Origin: an uncultured Acidobacteriota bacterium
GTDB taxonomy: Bacteria; Acidobacteriota; UBA6911
DNA length: 64,000 bases
Assembly: GCA_963827655.1 (NCBI GenBank)
Contig: CAWHCF010000020.1
Span: 192,001-256,000 of the forward strand
Direction: 5' to 3'
Shown here: positions 9,035-20,434 of the stretch, in pieces
Layout of the letters: each line of letters opens with the position of its first letter
How positions within the stretch are numbered: the stretch's first letter is position 1
Made by a program: the position numbers and the translations under genes
The notes under the pieces: model-generated
What the model saw: only the letters and a program-made list of their open reading frames with translations
What the model was told of the DNA's origin: nothing
The model's database searches: none

Positions 9035-9988
9035 CTATCGCGAACCGGACGCCGTGAGCTGCCCGATGTAGAACTCCATGAAAGCGTCGCGCTTGGGCTC
9101 GAAGCAGACCGTAACCGGTTTTCCCCGCTGCGGGTCGATCCGCGTGTAGCCCTGGTCGTCGACGCGCAGCCGCAGATTCTCTGTCTTGGCGAAGAAGGTC
9201 CCGGGGCTTGCAGCTTCGGCCACCGCGAGCTGGTCGTGCAAGGTCATGCGCGAGGAGGGGCCGGACAACCACAGCCGGTAGAGCGCCTCCAGCGCGGTGG
9301 TGAGCGGAGACCGGTGTCTGCGCACGCGGTCGCGCTCGGTCTCCTGGAGCAGGACGCGCGTCGTCGCATCGAGGGGCACGATCGTGAGCGGCAGGCCGGC
9401 GGCATAGACGAGCTGGGCGTCAGCGGTCGAAGCCACCACGTTCCACTCCGGCTTCGGCTTTGACGGCTCGGTGGCCGTCCCGTAGATGCAGCCGCTCATC
9501 AAGACGACGCGCTTGCAGTACTCTCCGAGACGCGGCTCCTTGCGCAGCGCGTCGGCCACGTTCTGCAGCGGCCCGACTGCGATGAGGGTGACTTGACCGG
9601 GGTAGCGCTTGACCTGCTCGACGATGAAATCGGCTGCGGAGATCGGCACGGGGCGGACCGCCGTGAAGTCTTCGGCCCAGGAGAACTGATGATCGATCCG
9701 TCCCGCCGGAGTCGGCGTCTGCCGACCGACTGCCACCGGCAGGTTTCCCCGGCCTGTCTGGTGGAGCAGCTTGCACGCAATGCGGGCGCGAGCGGGCGTG
9801 TCGGCGTCGGTGATCGTAACGCCGAGCGGCTCGAAGCCGGCGTGCTGGATCACGAAGGCGAGCGCCCAGGCGTCGTCGATGTCGGTTCCCGGGTCGGTGT
9901 CGAGGATTATCTTCATGCGCTCCTGCGTCGAAGCCGACCGCGCCGGCACCGTCAAGGCGAGCACGATACAAATCACGAATCTCTTCAT
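9035..9988 (-). CDS. Nucleoside hydrolase (IU-NH family) with signal peptide
   Basis: DTDPGTDIDD Ca-binding motif, GPLQNVA, EWNV, LHDQLAV; MKRFVICIVLAL signal. Confidence 0.88.
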   Translation of the reverse strand: MKRFVICIVLALTVPARSASTQERMKIILDTDPGTDIDDAWALAFVIQHAGFEPLGVTITDADTPARARIACKLLHQTGRGNLPVAVGRQTPTPAGRIDHQFSWAEDFTAVRPVPISAADFIVEQVKRYPGQVTLIAVGPLQNVADALRKEPRLGEYCKRVVLMSGCIYGTATEPSKPKPEWNVVASTADAQLVYAAGLPLTIVPLDATTRVLLQETERDRVRRHRSPLTTALEALYRLWLSGPSSRMTLHDQLAVAEAASPGTFFAKTENLRLRVDDQGYTRIDPQRGKPVTVCFEPKRDAFMEFYIGQLTASGSR

Positions 9989-10195
9989 GGCAACGCCGAT
10001 TTTAACGCAGCGCGTCGTCGTTCGGAACGCCAGAAATGGACCAAGGGTGCTTGCGTCTGCCGAGCCGTCAGGTTCCGTTCGGGTCACGGCCGGCCAAGAA
10101 TTACCTGGGGGTTTTACCCCAGGAGCGAGTGTCGAATCGGCGGCTTACGGCACTAACTACTTCTAGATCGAGATGATACGCGTATCAGAAGTCAA

Positions 10196-10211
10196 TGGCA
10201 CATGATTTGCC
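10196..10211 (+). promoter_or_regulatory. Sigma54 (RpoN) -24/-12 promoter
   Basis: TGGCAC-atgat-TTGC matches TGGCAC-N5-TTGC; about 60 nt upstream of the small ORF at 10274; perfect palindrome tgatacgcgtatca at 10174-10187. Confidence 0.65.
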
Positions 10212-10273
10212 TGCTATGAGTTAAGTGAATTTGTGACTTAGGAAAGGTCAATGAAAACAGTCAGGAGACGGAA

Positions 10274-10462
10274 ATGATCTGGAATAGACGAAAATCAACG
10301 ATGTCCTTACTCGGCCAGCAGTGCGGCCGGCAATGGAGCTCCTGGGTTCATCGGAGCCAAAAGCTGTACTCCGAGCATCCCACGATGGTGAAGACTATGA
10401 GTGGTGTGGCGGTTAGCGTAGCGCTGGGGTTCTGGCTTCGTGCGTTTCTTCAGAACCGCTAG
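10274..10462 (+). CDS. Small hypothetical protein with C-terminal TM helix
   Basis: SD AGGAGA, sigma54-type promoter upstream, 62 aa ending HPTMVKTMSGVAVSVALGFWLRAFLQNR. Confidence 0.55.
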   Translation: MIWNRRKSTMSLLGQQCGRQWSSWVHRSQKLYSEHPTMVKTMSGVAVSVALGFWLRAFLQNR

Positions 10463-10942
10463 CTTGTCTCAGGCATGAAGAAAAAACACCAGCGGGTCGC
10501 TCTTCCGCGCAGTCCTTTACAGACTCGGGGCGAGTGGAGGGCCACGCCCCTTCTTCGACTGCGACAAAACCGCGCACGTACACGGCGAATCAATCACACC
10601 GGCGCGCTGATTCCCATTTTGTAGAGCGTCCGGCCGTCGAGGCGATTCGAAGGCTACAAATCCGCCGTTGCTGGTGACCTGCACCGCATCAGGGCCCTCG
10701 GCGGGCCCTTCAATATCTGCTTGTCTCCTCTGGTACTGACGTGGAAGTAGCGTCAGAAGGCGGTCGTGGTCTGGCGCAGAGGCCTTCCGCCGCTCGCAGG
10801 CATTACATGAAGATGACGCTAAGCACGAACCGAGTTTGATTGCTCTAACGGGCTTTTCGTCCTCGGCTGGCTGTCTTGCGAAATGACAAACTCCGTTGCG
10901 GGTATGTTCTGACGGCCCAGTTCCGCTGCACAAACTTTCCGC

Positions 10943-10978
10943 TTGACATCGATATTATTTAGTACTAATTAATTAGCA
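10943..10978 (+). promoter_or_regulatory. blaI promoter (-35 TTGACA) and palindromic operator candidate
   Basis: TTGACA at 10943-10948; near-perfect palindrome tactaattaattagca at 10963-10978 abutting the ATG; no SD. Confidence 0.55.
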
Positions 10979-11352
10979 TGCGTCCTAAGAGCCGTACCCT
11001 GACCGAGCTGGAACTCGAGATCATGAAGATCGTGTGGCAAGTGAAGAGCGCCACCGTGCGCGACGTCTACGAAACTTTGCTCGAGCGGCGCAAGATCGCC
11101 TACACCACCGTCATGACGATGATGAGAATCCTTGAGCAAAAGCAGTATTTGAAGAGGAGGCTTGAAGAGCGCGCCTACGTGTACCAGGCGACGCGGTCCA
11201 GTAACAAGGTGATCAAAGGCATGGTGCGCGAATTCGTCAATCGTGTTTTTAACGGCTCGGCCCAGCCATTGCTGGCCCACCTGGTCGAGGACCGGCGTTT
11301 GTCGGAAAAGGACCTTAAGGAAATCACGCGCATGATTCGAGAAAAGGAATGA
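10978..11352 (+). CDS. BlaI/MecI/CopY family transcriptional repressor
   Basis: LTELELEIMKIVW...ATVRDV...AYTTVMTMMRILEQK winged helix; FNGSAQPLLAHLV. Confidence 0.93.
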   Translation: MRPKSRTLTELELEIMKIVWQVKSATVRDVYETLLERRKIAYTTVMTMMRILEQKQYLKRRLEERAYVYQATRSSNKVIKGMVREFVNRVFNGSAQPLLAHLVEDRRLSEKDLKEITRMIREKE

Positions 11353-12950
11353 ATCCCCCGCTGTGGCTCGACAATCTTGCTGCCTACAGTATCCAGATCG
11401 CAATAGTGATCGTGGTCGGAACCGCGCTCCCCTTTGCCTTCCGTCTGCGCCCGCCCGGCATCATGCTTCCATACTTGCAAGGCTTGTTAGTTGCCTGCGT
11501 TCTCTTGCCGGTTCTCCAGCCCTGGAGCCAGGGAGCCCCCGACTCACCCGGGACAATAACGACCGTCGCAGTGCAAATACAGAGCATTGCCTTCGCGGCT
11601 CGAGCCCACGACGCGAGTTTGTGGATCTACTCGGTGATCCAGTTCGTGATCATCGGCGGCTTCCTGTTTCGCCTAGGTTGGCTTGCCATGGGAGTGTGCC
11701 GGCTTCGGCGGTATCGGCGCAATGCACCCCCTCTCGAGATCCTTCCCGATGCGATCACGGAAATGCAGTCCATCACCGGCGCTCGCGCGGAGGTTCGGAT
11801 CTCAGGCGAGATCAGTAGTCCCGGCACCTTCGGGTTGCGCCATCCGGTCATTCTCTTTCCGAAAAGTTTCCTGCAGATGGATGAGAAGTCTCAGCGGGCG
11901 ATCGCATGCCACGAGTTGCTGCACGTACGCCGCCGCGACTGGCTCTGCATCTTGCTGGAAGAGGCGGTCGGCGCAGCGCTCTGGTTCCACCCCGCAGTCT
12001 GGTGGCTGCTAGGAAAAATTGAGCTGAGCCGTGAGCAGCTGGTCGATCGAGAGGTACTACGAATCACCGGCTCCCCCAAGGCATATCTCGAGGCACTCTT
12101 GCAAATCGCCCACAGCAAAGGACAACCAGAGGCGACTCTGGCTCCCTCATTCTTAACCCGCCATCACCTGGTCAGGCGTGTGGCGATGATCGTTACGGAG
12201 GTCTCAATGTCTAGAGTTCGTTGTGTCATATTCTTGAGTATTAGCGGCGCCTTGCTCCTTGCAGCCGGCACAGTGGCCACCCGGGCTTTTCCTCTTCAAA
12301 AGCCCGCTCAGGGACAGCAGGACGAGAGCCCCAAACCTGAAAAGCCGAAAAGAGAGGCGATCCGTGTTGGGGGCGATGTCAAGCCGCCCAAAATCATTCT
12401 GCGGCCTAACCCTGCTTATCCCGAGGAGGCGAAACAGAAGGGCGTTCAGGGAGGCGTAGTGATCGAAGTAACCGTGAATGAAAAAGGCGAGGTTTGGGAT
12501 GCGCGGGTCGTACGGGGCGAATCCTTACTCCAGAACGCCGCCCTGGAAGCTGTGCGGCGCTGGCGTTTCAGTCCCGCATTGCTGAACGGCAATCCTGTTC
12601 CGATTCTGGCCCACGTGGAGATGGAATTCCGTCTGGATAGCGCGAGCGCGCCGGCCAAATCCCGGCCGATAAGAGTTGATGAAAAGATACATGCTGCGAA
12701 GCTGCTCTACCAGGTCCAGCCCGAATACCCGGAAGAGGCCAAGCGTCTGCGAATCGAAGGAGAGGTGATTCTTCGCATCACTGTCGATGAGGGCGGTGCC
12801 GTTATTGATGCTCATCCCATGAGCGGTCATCAGCTACTGACGGACGCAGCCGTACAGGCCGTCCGGCAGTGGAAATACTCCTCGACTCTTCTCAATGGAG
12901 AGCCGGTGAAGGTGGAAGCTACGGTAACCATCTCCTTCAAATTGAATTAG
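11349..12950 (+). CDS. BlaR1-like M56 metallopeptidase fused to two TonB C-terminal domains
   Basis: HELLHVRRRD, WFHPAVWW, REQLVD; two P.YPEEAK...G.V.....V.E.G.V......G..LL..AA..AVR.W repeats. Confidence 0.9.
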   Translation: MNPPLWLDNLAAYSIQIAIVIVVGTALPFAFRLRPPGIMLPYLQGLLVACVLLPVLQPWSQGAPDSPGTITTVAVQIQSIAFAARAHDASLWIYSVIQFVIIGGFLFRLGWLAMGVCRLRRYRRNAPPLEILPDAITEMQSITGARAEVRISGEISSPGTFGLRHPVILFPKSFLQMDEKSQRAIACHELLHVRRRDWLCILLEEAVGAALWFHPAVWWLLGKIELSREQLVDREVLRITGSPKAYLEALLQIAHSKGQPEATLAPSFLTRHHLVRRVAMIVTEVSMSRVRCVIFLSISGALLLAAGTVATRAFPLQKPAQGQQDESPKPEKPKREAIRVGGDVKPPKIILRPNPAYPEEAKQKGVQGGVVIEVTVNEKGEVWDARVVRGESLLQNAALEAVRRWRFSPALLNGNPVPILAHVEMEFRLDSASAPAKSRPIRVDEKIHAAKLLYQVQPEYPEEAKRLRIEGEVILRITVDEGGAVIDAHPMSGHQLLTDAAVQAVRQWKYSSTLLNGEPVKVEATVTISFKLN

Positions 12951-12957
12951 CCTCCAT

Positions 12958-13011
12958 TTGGCGTCTTTGCGTCTTGACGGTGACTTCATGCAATCACCGC
13001 CAAGACGCAAA
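12958..13011. repeat. 8-nt-periodic inverted repeat doublet
   Basis: ttggcgtctttgcgtcttgacggtga ... tcaccgccaagacgcaaa hairpin between the M56-TonB gene and addB. Confidence 0.75.
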
Positions 13012-13076
13012 TCAATTCCCCGGTAGAATCCGCTACATTTCCACTCCGCGCCCGCATAAAATTCCTGCGGGACAAA

Positions 13077-16000
13077 ATGGCGCAACCGTACCTGCCCTTG
13101 ATTCGGGATCCGGGCAATTCCAGAATCCAGGTTTTTCAGTCAGCCTCCGCTCGCGAGCGCCTGACAGCAGCCCGCGAGTTTGTGCGCTCGTACAAACCGG
13201 GAACGGAGCTCTTGCTGATCGGCGCTTCTCGCGAGGCGGTCGACGATTTTGCATCCGAGATCTGCGTGGAGACCGGAGCCAGCTTCGGTCTCCATCGATT
13301 TACCATGATGCAGCTGGTTGCCCGCCTGGCGGCGGGCGAACTGGCCACGGCCGGGCGGGCTCCGGCGACCTATCTCGGCGCCGAAGCGATCGCCGCGCGC
13401 TCCACCTTCGAAGCGCTTGAACGCGAGGCAATCCACTATTTCGAGCCGGTTGCGCGTCTCCCCGGTTTTGCCGCTGCGCTTGCGGCCACGCTGAATGAAC
13501 TCCGGCTCGAAGGGATTGACCCGGACATGCCCAAAGGTCTAGGCCCTGCCGGGGGAGATGTCGCCGCGCTGCTCCGCTTGTTCAACCAGCAACTTGACAA
13601 GGCCGGGGTCACTGACAGGGCGGCCCTGTTTCAGATAGCGGAGCGCGCAGCGCGCAGCGGCCGGAAATTTTCCTGGATCGCTCAGCCGCTGCTTCTTCTC
13701 GACGTCGGTATCCAGTCGCTGTGTGAACGAGAATTCCTGAAGGGCCTGGCCGAAGCTTCACCGGCGGTTTTTGCCACGGTGCCCGCCGGGGATCAAGAGA
13801 CCATGGCCGCGCTGGAACGGCTCGGATCAGTCGAGCGCCTTGCACCCGCGCCGCTCGAGCCGCGTAAATCAAGCCTGGCCCGGCTGCAAAGCTACCTTTT
13901 TTCGGAAGAAGCGCCGTCGGCCGAGGGCGCCGACGATCAGGTCCGCTTCTTCTCGGCTCCCGGAGAAGGGCGCGAATGCATCGAAATTGCGCGCTTCATC
14001 CTGGACGAAGCGCGCCGAGGCATTCCCTTCGACGCCATCGCCGTGTACTTGCGCGCTCCCGAAATCTACTCCCCGCTGCTCGAGACCGCCTTCCGCCGAG
14101 GCGGCATTCCGGGGTTCTTCGCCCGTGGAACGAGGCGCCCCAACCCTGCGGGCCGCGCCTTTCTGGCGCTCCTTGCCTGCAAGTCCGGCGGACTGTCTGC
14201 GAAGCGATTCGCCGAATACCTGTCGTTCGGCCAGGTCCCCACGCTCGATGCCGGCGGCGGGCCGCCGGCAGAGCGCGAAGTATGGTCCGGTCCTGAGGAC
14301 GATGCCCTTGGTCCGGCCGCAGCGACGGCGGCCGCTTCCGTCGGTCAGGAGGACGAAACCGGCCAGCCAGCCCCCGAGAGCCTGGGCGACCTGGAGGAAG
14401 TGCCGGCCTTCGCGGGAACCCTGCGCACTCCCTGGAAGTGGGAGGAATTTCTGGTCGAGGCAGCCGTGATCGGCGGCAGGGATCGCTGGAGCCGCCGCCT
14501 GGCCGGGCTGGAAGGGGAACTTCGCCTGAAACTCGAGGAAATTGCCAGCGACGAACCCGATTCGCCGCGCCTGCCCGCGCTGCAGCGAGACCTCGCCAAC
14601 CTCGGGCATCTGCGGCGGTTCGCGCTCCCCATCATTGATACCCTGGATGCCTTTCCGGCCGGCGCCACGTGGGGCGTCTGGCTGAAGGAGCTGACGAGCC
14701 TGGCCCCGAAGGTGCTCCGGCGGCCGGAAAGGGTCCTGGCCGTGCTGGCGGAATTGGCGCCCATGGCGGACATCGGTCCGGTTTCGATCGATGAAGTTCG
14801 CGAGGTGCTGACCGAGCGACTTTCGACGCTCGAGCAGGAGCCTCCGCTCCGGCGCTATGGCCGCGTATTCGTAGCGACGCCCGAACAAGCCCGGGGCCGC
14901 AGCTTCAAGATCGTGTTCATCCCTGGGTTGGCGGAGCGGATTTTTCCCCAGCGGCCGCGCGAGGATCCGCTGCTGCTCGACACGCTGCGCAGCCGGTTGT
15001 CCCCGGAACTGCGTACCCAGGACGATCGAGGCCGGCACGAGCGAATGCTCCTCCGTCTGGCAGTCGGGAGCGCTGAACAGCGCCTGTACATTTCTTATCC
15101 GCGAGTCAACGTCGTGGAAGCCCGGCCCCGTGTGACATCGTTCTACGGCCTCGATGTCGCGCGGGCGACGCAAGGAAGCATTCCAGACTTCGAGCAGCTC
15201 GAACGCGAGGCCGCTGATGCGGTCAAGGCTCGACTCGCCTGGCCGGCCCCTCCGGAGGCCGATCGCGCCATCGATTCGGTCGAACACGACCTGGCAACTC
15301 TGGGACCTATGCTCCGCGAACGGGATCCTTCGAAAGTCCGCGGCCGGCGCCCGTTATTTACTGGGGTTGAACGAGCATCTCGCGCGCTCGCTGCGCAGTC
15401 GCTGGGCGCGCTGGCACAAAAGATCCTGGACCCCGTTCGACGGGCTTGTTCGCGCCACGGCGGCCATTGAACCGGCCCTGGCCGAACAGCGTCTTTTCGC
15501 GCGGCCTTACTCGGTTTCTGCGCTTCAGAAGTTTGCGGCCTGCCCTTACCAGTTTCTCCTGTCGGCTATTTACCGGCTCGAACCGCGCAAGGAGGCGGTC
15601 GCGCTGGAGAAGCTGGATCCGCTCACGCGCGGCCACATGTTTCATCGCGTGCAGGCCGAGGGATTGAGAGCGCTCGCCGGGGGCGGTTTCTTGCCGGTAA
15701 CTCCGCAGAACCTCGATCGGGCGGAAGAAATCTTCGACCGGACGCTCGACCGGATCGCCGCCGAGTATCGCGAAGAACTGGCGCCTCCCATTCTTCGGGT
15801 TTGGCTGAACGAAATCGAAGCCATGCGGGCGGACCTGCGCGGCTGGCTGCGAAACGTGGCGGCCTCAGGAACGACGTGGCTTCCGATTCGGTTCGAGTTC
15901 AGCTTCGGTTTGCCAATGGATGCCTCGCGAGATCCGGCGAGCGTGGCCGAACCCGTCACGCTGGCCGGCGGCTGGAAGATGCGCGGTTCGATCGACTTGA

Positions 16001-16422
16001 TCGAGCAGAATCAGAACGCTCCTCTCCTGCGGGTGACGGATCACAAGACCGGCATGGACCGGACCGGTGGCGTCTTTATTGTCGGAGGGGGCGAGATCCT
16101 GCAGCCCGTGCTTTACACTCTGGCCACCGAAGCCGTCATGGGGCAGGAAGTAGCCGAGGCCCGGCTTTTCTTCTGTACCGCAGCCGGGGGATTTGCCGAA
16201 CGCGTCCTTCCTGTCAACGACGATGTCCGCCGGCAAGGGCTCGACGTGCTGGAGGTCATCGACCGCGCCGTCGGGAAGGGGAATCTCCCTCCCGCTCCCC
16301 GGGACAAGGCGTGTTCCTGGTGCGATTTTCTATCCGTATGCGGTCCGTATGAAGAGACACGCTCCGCGCGCAAGAACAAGAGCATGCTCGCGGATCTTAC
16401 ACAACTACGAGACCGGTTATGA
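13077..16422 (+). CDS. addB: AddB/RexB-like subunit with C-terminal PD-(D/E)XK nuclease (indel near 15348)
   Basis: Inactive helicase-like scaffold (GRSFKIVFIPGLAERIFP..PREDPLL); SVSALQKFAACPYQF, RGSIDLIE, DHKTG, LQPVLY, CSWCDFLSVC (four Fe-S Cys); upstream of addA. Confidence 0.82.
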
Positions 16423-16477
16423 GCCGATGCCGCAGCCATGAGGATTCTGCTCCTGACCTTCGCCCGGACGGCATCTC

Positions 16478-19400
16478 ATGAACGAATTATCGGACGAGGC
16501 GGCGCGCGAGCTGATTCGTAATGGACTGGCGTACAACCTGATGGTCGAGGCTGCCGCCGGAACCGGCAAGACCACGGAACTCGTCAAGAGGATTGTCGCC
16601 GTGCTTGCCGGCGGGCACGCCTCCGTGGATAGCCTCGTCGCCGTGACTTTCACGGAAAAGGCCGCCGGCGAGTTGAAACTTCGGTTACGTGCGGGTCTCG
16701 AGCAGTCGCGCCAGCAGGCGGCGGACGGCAGTCCCGAGCGCAAGAATCTCGACCGCGCCCTGGCGCGCCTGGAAGAGGCCCGGGTCAATACGATTCACGG
16801 GTTCTGCGCCGATCTGCTGCGCGAGCGTCCCGTTGAAGCCGGAGTCGACCCAAGGTTTCAGGTCATGACGGAGGCGGAGGCCGAGCGGCTTTACGAGGAG
16901 GGTTTCAATCTCTGGTTGCAGGAAAGGCTCGAGAATCCGCCCGAAGGTGTGCGCCGTTCGCTATGTAGAACTTCCAGGTCCGGAAATGAGGGCCCCAGCG
17001 GCCGTCTGCGAACGGCCGGCTGGACCCTGGCGCAGTGGCGCGATTTTCCTGCGCCGTGGCGTCGTGAGCCGTTTGCGCGCCAGGCGCAGATCGACGCCCT
17101 GGTCCAACAGCTTCACAACTTTGCCGACCTGACGCAGCGATGCGCCAATCCGACGTGGGATTTTTTTTACCGCGATACCGAGCCGGCACGCCGGTTGAGC
17201 CGCGAGATCCGGGCGGTTGAAGAAGTCAAGGCGCGCGACTACGACGTCCTCGAAGGCAAGCTGGTCGATCTCCTCTACTGGAAGTTCGAAAAGCCGAGGT
17301 CTGGACGGGGCAGGAACTACGGCGATGGCGTGACACGCGCGACCGTTCAAGCGGCCCACGGGGAATTGTGCGACGCGCTCCGGAATTTCGCGCGCGCCGC
17401 GGATGCCGACCTCGCCGCTCTGCTCCAGCTCGAGCTGCACGGCACGGTGGAGCGTTACGAGCAGCTGAAACAGCGATCGGGCCGCCTCGATTTCGTTGAC
17501 CTGCTCCTGCGGGCGCGCGACCTCATACGCGACCGTGATGCGGTCCGTGCCGATTTCCAGGGCCGGTTCAGCCATATTTTCGTTGATGAATTTCAAGACA
17601 CCGATCCCCTTCAGGCGGAAATCCTGCTTCTGCTGGCGGCGTCGAGACCCGGCTGTCCGCGACTGGCGCAAGGTCACACCTGCTCCCGGCAAGCTCTTTC
17701 TGGTCGGCGACCCGAAGCAATCGATTTACCGCTTCCGGCGCGCCGACGTGGGCGTTTATCTTGAGGTCAAAAAGCTACTCGAGAAGCGCGGTGCGAGGTC
17801 TGTCAGCCTGAAAACAAGCTTCCGCGCCGTGCCGTCCATACAGCGCGCGATCAACGCGGCGTTTGATCCGTTGATGAAGGAGGATCCGGCAGCGCTGCAG
17901 GCCGGATATTTGGCTCTGGCGCCGCATCGCGGCGATGTGGACGATCAGCCGACGGTCATCGCGCTTCCTGTGCCGCGCCCCTATGGCAAGACCAGGATTA
18001 CCTACGAAGCCATCGATAACTCGCTTCCGGATGCGGTGGGCGCGTTTGTGGCATGGCTGCTCAAGGAGAGCGGGTGGACGGTGACCGAGCGCGAGCAACC
18101 GTCCAGACGGGTGCCCGTTTCGGCGCGCCACGTGTGCCTGCTGTTCCGTCGTTTCGAAAGTTTTTACGTGGGAGATATCACCCGGGCCTATGTGCAGGCG
18201 CTCGAAGCGCGCGGTATCCCGCATTTACTGGTGGGCGGCAGATCGTTTCACACCCGGGAAGAGATCGAGACCATGCGCGCCGCGCTCCTGGCGATCGAGT
18301 GGCCCGATGACGAACTGTCGGTTTTTGCGACCTTGCACGGGTCGCTCTTCGCCATCGGAGATGAAGCGCTGCTGGAGTATCGTCATCACTTCAAGAGGTT
18401 CCACCCCTTTCGGGTTCCGGAATCCCTGCCTCCCCACCTTGCGCCCATCGGCGAGGCGCTTTCGACGCTCGCGTCGCTGCACCGGAATCGCAATTACCGC
18501 CCGGTGGCCGAGACCATCAGCCTGCTGCTGGAAGGCACGCGGGCCCACGCCGGTTTTGTCCTCCGGCCGTCCGGCGAACAAGCGCTGGCGAATGTCCTCC
18601 ACCTGGCCGAGCTGGCGCGCGCCTACGAAGCGTCCGGGGGGATTTCTTTTCGTGGATTCATCGACCAGTTGCTCGAGGATGCCGAGGGCGCCAGGGTGGC
18701 TGAGGCCCCGGTTCTGGAAGAAGGGAGCGACGGAGTCCGCATCATGACGGTTCACAAAGCCAAGGGGCTGGAATTTCCCGTTGTCATTCTCGCCGATATG
18801 ACTGCCAAGATGGCGCGCGCTCCGGCGAGCCGCTACATTGATCCCAAGCAAGGTCTCTGTGCCATCCGCATTGCCGGCTGGTCACCGGTCGAATTGCTCG
18901 AGCAAGAAAGCGAAGAACTCAAGCGGGACCAAGCTGAAGGTGTGCGCATTGCGTACGTTGCCGCAACCCGGGCGAGAGACCTCCTGGTCGTGCCGGCGGT
19001 GGGCGACAGGCCCGAGGAGGGGTGGTTCAGTCCGCTCAACTCGACTCTTTATCCGTATCCTGCCGGCCCGCGCTGGCGTCAATCAGCCGCCGCTCCGGGC
19101 TGTCCCGAGTTCGGCGACGATAGCTTGTTGGAGCGTCCCGACTACGCTTTCGGCAGCGACAACGTCAAACCCGGTCTTCATGAGTTCGAGGACAAGGGTA
19201 GCGGTTATAGCGTCGTATGGTGGGATCCAGCGAAGCTCGAGCTCGATGCCAAGCCGCTGTTCGGCATGCGGCAGGAGGATCTGTTCGCCAGGGAAGTCGC
19301 CGCTTCCATCATGGAAGCCGATTTGGCGCGGCATACGGATTGGCGCGCGGCGCGCGACGCGGCCGCCGAGCGGGGTTCGCGGCCCAGCCTCCTGATGCAG

Positions 19401-19922
19401 ACGGCCACCGAATCCGCAGAGGCCGGCACGGAAGCCGGGCCCGAAATCCAGACCGTCGAGCTTCCCCGGGACGCGGGCCGGCCCGCCGGCCCGCGCTATG
19501 GCGCTCTGGTTCACGCGGTACTGGCGACGATGCCTCTGGATGCCGGCCCGCAACAGATCAAACAGGCGGCGCGTCTGCAGGGTCGCATTCTCGGGTCGTC
19601 AGAGCAGGAGATTGAATCAGCCGGCACGGTCGCTGAGAGTGTGATCCGGCATCCCATCATGGAGCGGGCCCGGAAAGCCGATGCATCGGGTCAATGCCGC
19701 AGAGAGACGCCAATTGCCTTGCGGCAGGCGGATGGTTCCATCGTGGATGGAGTCGTCGATCTCGCTTTTTTGGAGAACGGCGCCTGGATTGTGGTCGATT
19801 TCAAAACCGACCGCGAACTGGAACGTGGATTGGCCGTCTACCGGCGCCAAGTTGGCCTCTACGCCGCCGCGATCCAGGCTGCGACGGGATTGAAGACGGC
19901 TGCAGTCTTGATGCGAATCTGA
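16478..19922 (+). CDS. addA: AddA/UvrD-family helicase-nuclease (indel near 17645)
   Basis: AAAGTGKT, TFTEKAA, VDEFQD, VGDPKQSIYRFR, MTVHKAKGLEF, YVAATRA; C-terminal GVVDL...VDFKT...QVGLY nuclease. Confidence 0.88.
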
Positions 19923-20043
19923 CGGGCAAAACAATACCACCAGGACAGCCCTGAAAGTTGGCCGGTTCAGGACATTACGGTGATGTATTGCGCAAAGCGG
20001 AAGCTGTGCTGCCGCCCGGGTTGAAGGCCCGTCAGGAGTAGAC

Positions 20044-20170
20044 GCGCCCGGAGGGGCGGGGACGCTGCCCTCAATGTCCTGCGCCCCTTCAGGGCGCGTG
20101 GACATAATCCCGTAAACCCCGGGCTGCGCTTCGCTTGCCCCGGCGCTAATTTCCGTCGCCCCTCCGGCGC
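20044..20170. repeat. GC-rich multi-hairpin REP-like element
   Basis: gcgcccggaggggcg (20044) is inverted to cgcccctccggcgc (20157); internal hairpins cgccccttcagggcg and ccccgggctgcgcttcgcttgccccgg. Confidence 0.65.
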
Positions 20171-20317
20171 AAATCGCCAAGACTGATGAGATGAAGTGCA
20201 GGTCTAAGAGCTTGCTACCGCCCTGATTTGGGCGAGGCTTGCTTCGCCTGATGCGACCACGGGTTTCGGTACTCAGAAGCTGCCGAAAATACGTTACCGT
20301 AGTTGTGAAACAGCAGT

Positions 20318-20361
20318 ACTAAGACACGAAGAAACACCAAAATTGGTGCGTCTCCGTGGTT
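20318..20361. repeat. 8-nt-periodic repeat arms (back-to-back)
   Basis: actaagacacgaagaaacaccaa followed by tggtgcgtctccgtggtt. Confidence 0.7.
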
Positions 20362-20434
20362 AGGGGTTTTCGGCTCAGTCGGGTATGGGTTCCGGTGAAG
20401 CCGGCGTCTGACTCAAGTCTAACGGAGGGATGCA

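Noticed and set aside
10517-10933. 138-aa minus-strand ORF
   Set aside because: No motif, no RBS and atypical composition.
13869-15287. Long antisense or alternate-frame ORFs (also 28153-29511, 57817-59133, 51895-52938, 42950-43909)
   Set aside because: Shadow ORFs of high-GC genes with no recognisable motifs.
13077-19922. Helicase-nuclease pair as a novel defence system, or as four separate genes
   Set aside because: Motifs and order match housekeeping AddB-AddA; each split is explained by one indel.
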